A DNA stretch of 64,000 bases from Bacteroidota bacterium (GTDB taxonomy: Bacteria > Bacteroidota > Bacteroidia > AKYH767-A > 2013-40CM-41-45). Within the stretch, counting starts at the first letter, position 1. Each line of letters begins with the position of its first letter. The notes below the pieces were generated by a model that worked only from the letters and a program-made list of their open reading frames with translations, made no database searches and had not been told where the DNA came from. Location: NCBI GenBank assembly GCA_043783155.1, contig JAYVZS010000015.1, positions 34,825-98,824 of the forward strand, written 5' to 3'. Positions 37,416 through 48,900 of the stretch are shown here, piece after piece. A program made the position numbers and the translations under genes.

Positions 37416-39941
37416 ATGAATAAAATAAGAGGACTTTTTTATTTGACGTTGGTTTTTTTGATGACGTTATCAATGTCATCACGCGCTCAGGTTGTAGGTG
37501 ATTTCGGAGCCATCTCAAGCGGAAACTGGAGCACCCCTGGCATCTGGCGATTGTGGAATGGAACTTCTTTTTCAACCGCCACTGGCGCCTATCCAAACAA
37601 CACAAACTGGAGCGTGTTCATTGATACAAATCGTGTTGTCGTGTTAGACGTTCCTGCCCAGCTCAACGACCTTTGGGTAAGTAACGGAGCTAAATTATAC
37701 TCCAACGATTCAACTTTAAACGGCAATGTTTACATCACCCTATTCGGAAATATTTATTGCAATGCCACCATCGGAAATGGGGTACTGACGGATAATATTT
37801 CATTCAACATTGAAGGAACAGCCGATACCATATCAGGAATCATCGGCACTTTTGATGCTTCACGGATCAGAAAAAACAATGTCAATAATTTAATTTCCAG
37901 TCTCAATATCCGCCGCAATGTCAACCTGCGGTTTGGTTCAAGTTCCTCCACGCAGATTTATAACAATGCCGGAAGTGCCGGTCCTACAAGCACTACCAAT
38001 TTTAATGTAACCGTTGCGAGTGGTTCCACCCTGAGCCTGATTGGAAATTCAGCCGTTGGCGGGAATGCGTCCATTGATGGGGTTGACGGGACAGGAGCGT
38101 TTAACCAGGGTGGTGTATTTACCATTGACGGCTCCATGAATATTTCCGGGCGACTTTATCTCACAACAAACAATACGACTGCAGCCCAATCATGTAAATG
38201 GATTGTAAATGGATTATTAAAAGCCGATCGTATAATTGCTTCACCAAGTGGCATTGCAAAAGATTCACTGATCGTTAACCCCGGAGGTACGCTGGAAATT
38301 TCAGGTGATTCTGCGTGGGTGAGTCTTAGTCCTACCAATAACTTTTATAATTTCAATACTGGCAGCACGGTGAATTATTCCTCATCATCTCCTACAGGTA
38401 ATCAAACGGTAAGAATACAAGGTGAATTCGCTGCCGCTGCAACCGCTTCTCAGCAATATTCGAACTTGATTCTTTCAGGTTCAGGAAACAAAACCACTTC
38501 CATTGCCGGAGCTATTGTTATTAAAAATAATTTGACAATTTCGGGTTCTTGTATTTTAAAATCCTTTGCAACCGGAGCTATCATTACCGTTGGAGGCGAT
38601 TGGAGTAATTACAATGAGACTGGTTACAATGAACAAACAAACCTTGTTTTCTTTAGTGGAACAACTGCAACTGCGCAGAACATTACCTGTCCGGGTGGTG
38701 AAGTTTTTTATACACTCCGTTATGCGAATACTGCAACAGGCACGTTAATATTTAACTCGCCTGTGGATGTGATTAGCTTACTTCAGTTTGCAAATAATGG
38801 TCCTATCGATCTAAACTCAAATACACTTACCATTCGAAATTCTACAACTGCCGGAATAAATAATACAGCTAATCCATCCAGGTATATTGTATCGGAAAAA
38901 ACAAATAATAGTTCAAAGGTTAAATGGAAGATTGGAACAAGCATGGGTACATACACGATTCCATTCGGCACGTTACCATTATTGGCAGCCAATTACATTC
39001 CTGTAAAAGTAGCTAAGACAAACGCGTCCGACATTGGTGATGTAACAATTGCAACTTATGGTACAGCAAGGGGAAATCTTCCATGGCCTGTAACGCCGAT
39101 TGCTATCTCAAGTTTGAATTCCTCTTTCACACAGACAGATGACTCAGATGCAGTTATCGACCGCTTCTGGTATTTTAATGCTATAAACCCGGTTGCCACA
39201 GACCTTACGTTAACATACAGGGCATCAGAATTAGCCGTGGCACCGTATAACGTCACAACAGAAATACGCGGACAATGGTATGATGGTGTGGCCGGTAATT
39301 GGCAACTACCAGTACCTCTCGGACAAACAATCGGAGCAAATTTTATTACCATTCCTGCTACTACATCGTATGGAGTTTGGGCACTTGTGAACATTAACTC
39401 TCCTCTGCCCATCAAGCTTTTGGAATTCAATGCAGAGTCAAAAGATGAAGTTGTTCAGGTGAGGTGGTCGACAGCTTCAGAAATCAATAACGATTATTTC
39501 ACCGTTGAAAAAAGCACAGACGGAGAATATTTTATTGAAACAGGAAAGGTAAGAGGCGCAGGGAACAGTAGCATCACGTTGAATTATTCTCTCATTGACG
39601 AACATCCGTTAGAAGGCATTTCTTATTACCGGTTAAAACAAACTGATTTTGATGGCCATTTTACATTTAGCAGAATCGTCTCCGTTATCAGGTTAAGAAA
39701 TCAACAATTCTCAGTGTTTCCGAACCCTTCAAGGGATATTATGTATCTTGCCAGTGCTGCAAAAGGGCGCTACCAGCTGTTGATAAGGAACATGGAAGGG
39801 AAATTAATTCATGAGTTAGAAGTGAATATCAACCCTGCAGAAATTGCACGGATCAACATCAGCCAATTGTCGCAAGGAATTTATTCGCTTGAAATAAAAA
39901 ATGATTATTCAACTCAAACACTTCGAGTGATTAAGAATTAA
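37416..39941 (+). CDS. T9SS type A C-terminal-domain secreted protein (841 aa, Asn/Ser/Thr-rich beta-helix-like body)
   Basis: Signal peptide. C-terminal ~80 aa FSVFPNPSRDIMYL...GIYSLEIKNDYSTQTLRVIKN matches the type A CTD. Confidence 0.7.
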   Translation: MNKIRGLFYLTLVFLMTLSMSSRAQVVGDFGAISSGNWSTPGIWRLWNGTSFSTATGAYPNNTNWSVFIDTNRVVVLDVPAQLNDLWVSNGAKLYSNDSTLNGNVYITLFGNIYCNATIGNGVLTDNISFNIEGTADTISGIIGTFDASRIRKNNVNNLISSLNIRRNVNLRFGSSSSTQIYNNAGSAGPTSTTNFNVTVASGSTLSLIGNSAVGGNASIDGVDGTGAFNQGGVFTIDGSMNISGRLYLTTNNTTAAQSCKWIVNGLLKADRIIASPSGIAKDSLIVNPGGTLEISGDSAWVSLSPTNNFYNFNTGSTVNYSSSSPTGNQTVRIQGEFAAAATASQQYSNLILSGSGNKTTSIAGAIVIKNNLTISGSCILKSFATGAIITVGGDWSNYNETGYNEQTNLVFFSGTTATAQNITCPGGEVFYTLRYANTATGTLIFNSPVDVISLLQFANNGPIDLNSNTLTIRNSTTAGINNTANPSRYIVSEKTNNSSKVKWKIGTSMGTYTIPFGTLPLLAANYIPVKVAKTNASDIGDVTIATYGTARGNLPWPVTPIAISSLNSSFTQTDDSDAVIDRFWYFNAINPVATDLTLTYRASELAVAPYNVTTEIRGQWYDGVAGNWQLPVPLGQTIGANFITIPATTSYGVWALVNINSPLPIKLLEFNAESKDEVVQVRWSTASEINNDYFTVEKSTDGEYFIETGKVRGAGNSSITLNYSLIDEHPLEGISYYRLKQTDFDGHFTFSRIVSVIRLRNQQFSVFPNPSRDIMYLASAAKGRYQLLIRNMEGKLIHELEVNINPAEIARINISQLSQGIYSLEIKNDYSTQTLRVIKN

Positions 39942-39996
39942 TTTAATCATCAGCGAAACCAACATGTAAAAAATAAACAACTCAAAATAACGTATC

Positions 39997-42900
39997 ATGA
40001 AACAACAGACTACCTACCAAAATTTGGTAAAACTTTTTATTGTTTTACTTGTATTTACATTTCACAACAGCTACGGACAGTTAACACTTACCACATCTCC
40101 GTACACGCAGAACTTTAACACAATAAACACTGCTTTACCAACCGGCTGGACGGTTAGAACGGGGGCCGGGAATACAGTACTCGGAGCTTCAGCATCTTTA
40201 AACATCGCTCAAATACAATGGAGTACTGCTACCGGACAATTTGCAAATTATGCTTCGGCAAATTCTCCTTCTGCCTCCGCAGACCTTCAAGTAACTCAGA
40301 ATACGAGAACTGACAGAGCCCTTGGTCTAAGACAAACAAGTACCGTTGGTGATAACGGCGCCGCTTTCGTTTTACAAATAACTAACACAACCAACTTAGT
40401 CAACTTCAGTTTGAGTTTTAAATTGATGGAATTAGATCCGACAGCTACTGCAGGAAGAACCGCAACATGGAACGTAGATTATGGTTTTGGCGCAACGCCG
40501 ACTGCGTTTACAAATGCAACAACAGTACCTGCTACAATCACGACATTTCTTGGCAGCGATTGGGGAACGACCAATGTAACCGTTAATTTTGGAACTGTAC
40601 TGAATAATAACGCAGGCCCTGTGTGGATCAGGATTGTAACAAAATCCGCAACAACAGGCAGCGGATCAAGACCTGTTACGGCGATTGATGATTATAATTT
40701 ATCATGGTCACAAGTACCAGCCGTCCAGGATCACGACATTACCTTCTCTGCCATCTCAACCGATTCAATGCATGTTGCATGGACGAATGGAGACGGGACT
40801 TCACGCATCGTAAAAATCAACACAGCAAATTCTTTCACCAATCCGGCTAATGGAACAAATCCTTCCGCAAACAATGTATATTCCGGATCCGGAGAACAGG
40901 TGGTTTATAATTCTACAGGAAATTCTTTTAACATAAAAGGATTGAGTCCGCTTACCACATATTTTTTCAGAGTATATAATTACAATGGTGCAGGAGTGAC
41001 AACGGTGTATGATACAGCAAGTGCCGTGTTAAACCCGAATTCTCAGGCAACCAATTCCGCGACAGTGCCAACCATTTCACTTTCATCTCCTGCACTTACA
41101 GCATTCGTAACAACAGCGGGAACGCCAAGTGCATCACAAACATATACAGTTACTGGATCAAATCTAACCGATTCCATTTATATTTTTCCGCCTGCGCTTT
41201 TCGAAATATCATTGAATGGAACAACATGGATAAATAGCTCTTCACACATCGGGCTAGCTCAAAGTGGAGGAAATGTAATTACCACTCCTGTACAGGTGCG
41301 ATACAATCCGTTGGTAACGGGAACTACAACCGGAAATATTTCCGATACAAGTACCAATGCAACACCTAAATTAAAATCTGTTTATGGGGTAGCGAAGGCA
41401 GTTGAACCAACGGTTCAGTCAGCAATCACATTCGGAGTTATTACTCCTACATCCATTGCGGTAAATTTTAGTGGAGGTAACGGTACCCGAAGAATCCTGG
41501 TAGCACGACAAACTAGTGCGGTTACATTTGTACCAACAGATACTATTCCGCCTGCCGGAATAAATTCTATTTTTACATCAGCGACAGATCAGGGATCCGG
41601 AAATAAAATTGTGTATGACGGAACAGGAAATACAGATACCGTTACCGGTTTGACGGCTTCCACGGTTTACCAGTTTGCAGTTTATGAATATAACGGCACA
41701 GGAGTAACGATTAACTATCTAACAATATCTCCAGGAACCGGCAGCCAATCTACTGCGGTTCTTGAACCAACCACTTCGGCGTCTTCTGTTACTTTCGGTT
41801 GCAACGGTGCTGATACGATCAGCATGACATTCACCGGCGGTAACGGTCAAAGACGAATTGTCGTGATGAGTGGCGGAAGTGCGGTATCATTTACACCTGC
41901 TGATTTTATCGCTCCAACCGGAGTCAACAGCAATTTCAGTTTGGCGGCAGACCAGGGATCTGGAAATAAAATTGTTTTTGACGGCACCACAACATCTGCT
42001 GTGGTAACGGGTTTGACTCCTGGTACGATTTATTTTGTAAAAGTATTTGAATACAATGGAACAGGATCAAGCGTGAATTATCTCACATCATCATTTGGAT
42101 CGGGAAGTAAAACAAACCCGGGACCAGTTTCTTATTCAACAACAGGAAGCACCTATTCACAGGACTTTAACACTCTACCGGCTGCAACCGGAGCTGTTCC
42201 ATTTGTCGGAGCCGGTCCATTCTATCTTTCTGGAAGTCCGATTTGTTCTTTCGCTTTAAACGGATGGCAGATTGCTAAAACTTCAGGAACCGGTGCCAAC
42301 CTTATCTTCAATGGTGACAATCTTGGTAATTCCACGACTGGTTCATTATACAGCTATGGAAGTTCAAGCGGTTCAACTGACAGAGCTTTAGGATCTCTTG
42401 CTGCAGCTTCTGTAATCGGTGGATTAGGTGTTGTTTTAAAAAACAACACACCCGATATTTTATCACGTGTAACCGTTACATACACCGGTGAAGAGTGGAA
42501 AAGAGGAACCGGTGCAGCTAACTCGCTTTATTTTTCTTACCTCGTTAACGGTACCAATCTCACAACAGGGGGAACATTTACTGCTCTTCCCGCATTGAAT
42601 TTCCAGGCTCCGACAGACACCGGTTCCAATGTTGCTCTTAATGGCAATGCTGCAAATAACCGAACAGCCATTTCACTCACCTTCGATCTGAATGCAAACT
42701 GGTTGCCGGGGCAAAACCTGGTTCTTCGCTGGGATGATACCAATGATAACCTGAGTGACGATGGTCTCGCTATTGATGACTTTTCTTTTGTTGCCGTTCC
42801 ACCTGCAAAACCAACAGCACAAGACAGCACCATTACATTCTCAGGTGTCAGTACCGTAATGATAACAACAAACTGGCTGAATGGAAACGGAGCAAGTCGG

Positions 42901-45900
42901 ATTGTGAAAATCAACAAGACAAATTCGTTCAGTAATCCTGTTGATGGAAATGTTTACGCTGCAACTTCTCTTTACGTTGGTTCGGGAGAACAAGTCGTTT
43001 ATAACGGATCCGGAACCTCTGTAACTGTTACAGGTCTTTCTGCCGACAGCACTTATTTTTTCAGGGTGTTTGGATACAACGGAACCGGTGGTGCTACCAA
43101 ATACAATACGGTTACGGCATTCAACAATCCAAAGAGCAAGGCAACAAATCCTCCTTCTGCTGCAACACAACTTGCAATCATTTCTGTGAATGATAGCGTT
43201 GCTCCTTCTTTCCCGACGAACATTGTTGCCGGGAAACCATTTCATGTTGTTGTTCGGTCGCAGGACGGCAGCGGGAATCCACAGAATGTCGGAACCAACA
43301 CAACTGTTGATCTTTCAGTATTCAGCGGACTATATAATTTAGTCGGTATTCCCTCCGGTGTCATTCAAACAGGAGCAGACACTGTAACTATATATGGTGT
43401 CATCTATGATACACCTGATTTAGGAGTTCAGTTAAACGCGAGTGCTTCATCAGGCGATGTGCTAACAGCTGGTCAAAGTGTTTCTTTTGATGTAAGTGAT
43501 TCTGCAAGCCTGTTAGTGTTTGCTGGTGTCCCTGCTTCCGCCATAGTAGATTCATTGTTAAATACCTTTACGGTAAGAGCCCTTCGTGTTGATTCCACAC
43601 TCGATTTTAATTATTCCGGCACGATTACGCTCACAAAAATTTCAGGCCCGGGAAATCTTTTAGGCACAACCATAAAATCAGCGATAGGCGGTATTGCCAC
43701 TTTCAACAACATCAATTTTGATATGGTAGGAACCTACGTGATTCGTGCAGATGCTCCAGGATTGAATGGTATCATCAGCCATACGATTATTATCACCAAC
43801 ATTCCGATAATGACGGAACTTGTTGTACCGAAATATATCGGAAGTAAAACGGGCACCACCACGAACGTTGCAAGAACTCCAATTGCAATTTGTGTGCGGT
43901 TAGACAACCTTGCACCCAATACACTTTATGATATCAAAGCAGCTATTGAACTTACCTCTGCAGCTGTCACTTCTTATGGAGCTGGTAACATCGGAACCCC
44001 TACAAATTCCTTCAATGGTTCAACACAAACTTTGCCGGGAGCTTTCACCACCAACGCTTCAGGAAGCAGCGGACCTTATTGGATTATTATACAACCAACC
44101 GGGGGAGCTGCATTGCAGTTTGACGCAGGACAACTTCACCATCTTCGACTTGGTTTTGTTGCAAGCGGAGGCACCATGCCATCAAGTCCGAACTTCATCG
44201 GAACAAAAACGATTCAGGCGCTGGATATTTCTTCAATCGCACGAACCGTTACAACCGCTGACGACGGTGCATTCCTGAAAGGTTCTTCTGCACCATGTGT
44301 AGCCGGCAAATATATTTTAGTGTACGACTCTATCGCACCGGCAGGAGACCCTCTCTTCTCCTATCAGTCGAGACCGGCCATTGATACAAATGCTACTCAA
44401 ACGGACCTGCCTACTGCGATTAATGATGTGTATCGCCAGGCAGGAACTTCGGCTTCCGGAGATTATCCTGCAGTGATTCCAATCGGCGCTAACAATCCGA
44501 ATGGTGTAAGAAGAATTGAAGCAAGAAATGCCGACAATTCCGTTTTCAATTTCGCTACAGATGCCGATGGAGTTTGGCCAAGCGGAGCAAACACAACAAC
44601 CATCACCAGGAGAAGTGTTGCTACTTTAACATTGAGTGATGCTGGAATGAATTCGGTATCCATCTCATCCATTACCTCAACACCAGTTACATGCTCTAAT
44701 GATGGAACTGCAACTGTAACAGCAACCGGAAGCGGCTCTTTATCTTATCTATGGAGTAATGGAGCAACAACTGCTTCCATTTCAAGTCTTGCTTCAGGAA
44801 GTTATACGGTCACTGTAAATGATAGCAAGGGTTGTTCTGCAAATACCTCTGTTACTGTTAGTCAACCAGCCTCTTCTACGATCACAGCAAGTGGTTCTAC
44901 TACTTTCTGTAACGGAGACTCTGTGAAATTATCAGTTCCTGCAGGAGCTGATCATTATGCATGGTCAACAAATCCTTCTTCTGATACCTTATCATCCGTT
45001 GTTGTAAAAACAAGCGGAAGCTATACCGTAGTTGTTACAACTGCCAGTTGTCCTCATACATCATTGCCGATCACAGTAACCGTAAATAATTTCGCAATCA
45101 ACGGAACAATCTTCTTTGAAAACATGGGAGATATTGCCGTTGGTTCAACCACGAAGGTGAACAATTATACAGGATGGCATAATGGAGTTCCCGCTATCTT
45201 TTCAAGTACACCGAATGTAGATACTGCTCAAACAGATGTAAGAACCTCCACACCTTCTAACTATGCCAATGCAAGTGGAGGCAACAATATTTTCTTTGGA
45301 ACAGCGAATTCAATTACGGATCGCAACTTTAATATTTCCGGAATAAATACAACCGGTTATGCAGGTGTTTCATTATCGTTCGGATTAATCAGATCTGCAA
45401 TCGGTTTATCAAATGATTCAATGAAGGTGGAAGTCAGTACCGATGGTATCGGGTATTCAACCATTGGTAACTATGCGACTGCAAGCACTGCTAACTGGTC
45501 TCAGTTTACTGTGTCATCCGGAATTCCGGTCACCGCCAATCTCAGAATCCGGTTCTCAAAAAACAACGGATCCCAGTTCCGCATCGATGATGTTTTGGTG
45601 ACAGGTCTTACAAACAGTGTGAGTATTCTTCCAACCGGCCCGACGACTATATGTGGTGCAGGAAGTGTAAGTTTAGTATCCAGTGTACTCACTGGAAACC
45701 TTTGGTCTCCTACCAATCAAACTACTCAAACAATTACAGCTACATCCGCCGTTCCTTCCACTACAATTTATACTGTAACAATAACAGACGCGAATGGTTG
45801 TAAAGCAACATCAGCACCGGTAAAAGTCAGGTTCGTTCCTGTTGTAACGGTTACGATTCCATCTACAACTCCTGCAAGTTGTTCCGGTGGAAGTGCTACA

Positions 45901-48900
45901 GCACTTGCTGCAAATGGAACCGTACCATTTACTTATTCCTGGAATTCTTCTCCGGTGCAAACAACTGCAACTGCAACCGGTCTTGCAACAGGATCATATA
46001 CAGTGACAGTAACTGACAGTAACAGTTGTACTGCAAGTGCCTCAACCACCATCGGGCTTCCCGCTATTGCTACGATTACAGCAGGCGGACCAACAACATT
46101 CTGTAACGGTGATTCGGTAACACTTTCTGCCGGCGCAGGTGCAAGTCATTATTCGTGGTCATCAAATCCTTCTGTGGATACTTTGCGATCAATCGTTGTG
46201 AAGACAAGCGGCACATATACCGTAACTGCTAATAATGGGTTAGGTTGTATTCAAACTTCTTTCCCCGTAACCGTTACAGTGAATAATTTCGCGATGAACG
46301 GGACGATCTTCTCTGAAAGCGTAGGAATAGGTACTGCCTCTTCAATCAGCGCTTATACAGGATGGCAAAACTCAGTTGCACCGATTGTATTCTCAAGTAC
46401 TTCAACATCGCAAAGTGATGTAAGAACGACTACGAACTCATCAGGGTATACAGGAGCATCCGGAAATTCAAATGTATTCATGGGATTCTCTACCGGAAGT
46501 CCGGACAGGAATTTTATCATTTCCGGAATTAATACACTCGGATATTCCGGAATGAGATTGACATTCGGATTAAAAAGAGATGCGGGTACTGATTCTGTAA
46601 AAGTTGAAGTGAGTGCCGATGGAAGCACCTATACCCAGTTAGCTATTACACACCCTTCAAACAACACCACATGGATTCTTGATACTGCTGTAGGTTCTAT
46701 TCCTGCAACTGCAAATCTCAGAATCCGGTTTTCGAAAAATTCAACCACTGGTCAGTTCAGAATTGATGATGTTAAACTTACAGGAATAACCTCCACTGTA
46801 AATATTGTTGCATCTGGACCAACAATCATTTGTGGAACCGGCGGAGTTCGTCTTACTTCAAATATTTTAAACGGCAATACATGGTCTCCAACAAATGAAA
46901 CAACAAAATCTATTCTTGCTATAACGAGCGGAACGTATACAGTAACATCGGGAGGAAGCACCGGTTGTCCTGCTACATCTGCTCCTGTTGTTGTACAAAT
47001 TAATCCGAACCCGACTGTTTCCATTACTTCAATTACCAATGCAAGTTGTTTTGGTACAAGCGATGGAAGCGCAACAGCATTGGCGGCCGGAGGAACAGGT
47101 TCATTAAATTATTCATGGAATACCTCTCCCGTTCAGCCAACAGCAACCGCAAGCAATCTTACTGCAGGAACCTATACTGTAACCGTAACCGATGCGAATA
47201 GTTGTATTGCAAAGGATTCTTCAACTACTATTACTCAACCATCGGCGATTACTGTAACGGCAGTAACATCAGATACGGTTATTTGCCAGGGTGCAACGGT
47301 GAGCCTGAGTTCAACAGGAACAACATCCACGAATTTAACTTTCACGAATTCAACACCAGTTGCAATTCCTGACAGTTCTGTTGCGAATGGTATTGTACCA
47401 GTCACATCATCAATTGTTGTTTCGGGAGTTAACTCAACAAGTTTAACAAGTGGACAAATCGCCAGTGTGAAAATCAACAGTCTTACTCATACGTATGATG
47501 GTGATTTAATTATTCGTCTCATTGCTCCAGACGGGCGATACCTGACACTTTCGAATCGAAGAGGTTTTGGTGCCAACTTCACCAACACTGTATTCAGTTC
47601 TTCAGCAACTGTTGCACTTACATCATCTCCGTTTACGGGAACATTCAAGCCCGATACTTCTGCGACGGCTTCAGCAGCCTTCGCTTCTTTCAACGGGGTA
47701 AACCCGAACGGAACATGGAAGTTATATGTTTCCGATAACGCGCGGGTAGACAGTGGTTTCATCAACAGCTGGAGTATCACTTTCAACAATCCGATTGCGT
47801 TTGCATGGACATCATCACCGACCGGCTTTACGAGTTCAGCGAAAAGTCCCGGATCTGTAACACCTTCATCTGTCGGATTAGGAAACGTTATATATACTGT
47901 TGTCGCTACTAACCTAACAACAGGATGCAACAGTCCTTCTTCAAGTGTAACTGTAAAAGTTATTCCGGGGCCATCTGCTCTTGCAAGTAGTACTGATGTC
48001 AGTTGTCACAATGATAGTAACGGAACTGTTTCTGTTATTGCCAGTGGAGGTACAACACCTTATACGTATTCATGGAATACATCTCCTGTTCAATTAACAC
48101 CAACTGTAACCGGACTTAAAGCAGGTCATTATACTGTTACAATTACCGATTCCAATGGTTGCAAAACCAAAGCAGATACAGCTGTGGCTAATCCGGCAGT
48201 CATCACTGTTTCCGCTTCCGCAGGTTCAATTACCTGCTTTGGCGGAACGACTAATGTCGTGGTGAGTGCTGTGGGTGGTTCAGGTATATATTCATCCGGA
48301 ACCGGAACTTTTAGTAATGTTACTGCCGGTACACATACATATACCGTAACCGATAATAAAGGATGTATCGGTTCAGTAACCATTTCAATCGGCCAGCCTT
48401 CCCGAATTATTGTAACAGCAACACAGGGTGTTATTACATGTAACGGAGGAACCACGAGTGTGGTCGTAACGGCAACCGGCGGATCAGGTCCTTATACGAG
48501 CGGCACAGGAACATTTACCGGAGTTACCGCTGGCATACATACGTACACTGTATTTGACAGTACAGGTTGTTCAGGTTCTGTTACAGATACCATCACCGAA
48601 CCTGCTCCTATCGTAATTAATGCCTTCTTCCCGCATGGTTGTAACGGAGATATTATCAGTATTACCGGTTCTAACTTCACAGGCGCTACCAATGTACTCT
48701 TTAACGGAATGAGTGCTGCAGGTTTCACAATTGCAAACGATGGCGAAATTGATGCAGCCGTTCCGGCAGGCGCCACCTCAGGATTCATCACGGTTGTAAA
48801 GGGAACATGCTCAGTAACAAGTACAACTTCATTCACCGTTAATTGCGTTACAAATACTACCGTTACGGTTAAGGCATTCATTCAAAATTACACAGATACT

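Noticed and set aside
42537-48881. Multiple minus-strand track ORFs (for example 42537..42917, 47487..47930, 48492..48881) inside the giant adhesin gene
   Set aside because: They are antisense shadow frames of a Thr/Ser/Gly/Val-rich repetitive gene. Such frames stay open by composition.
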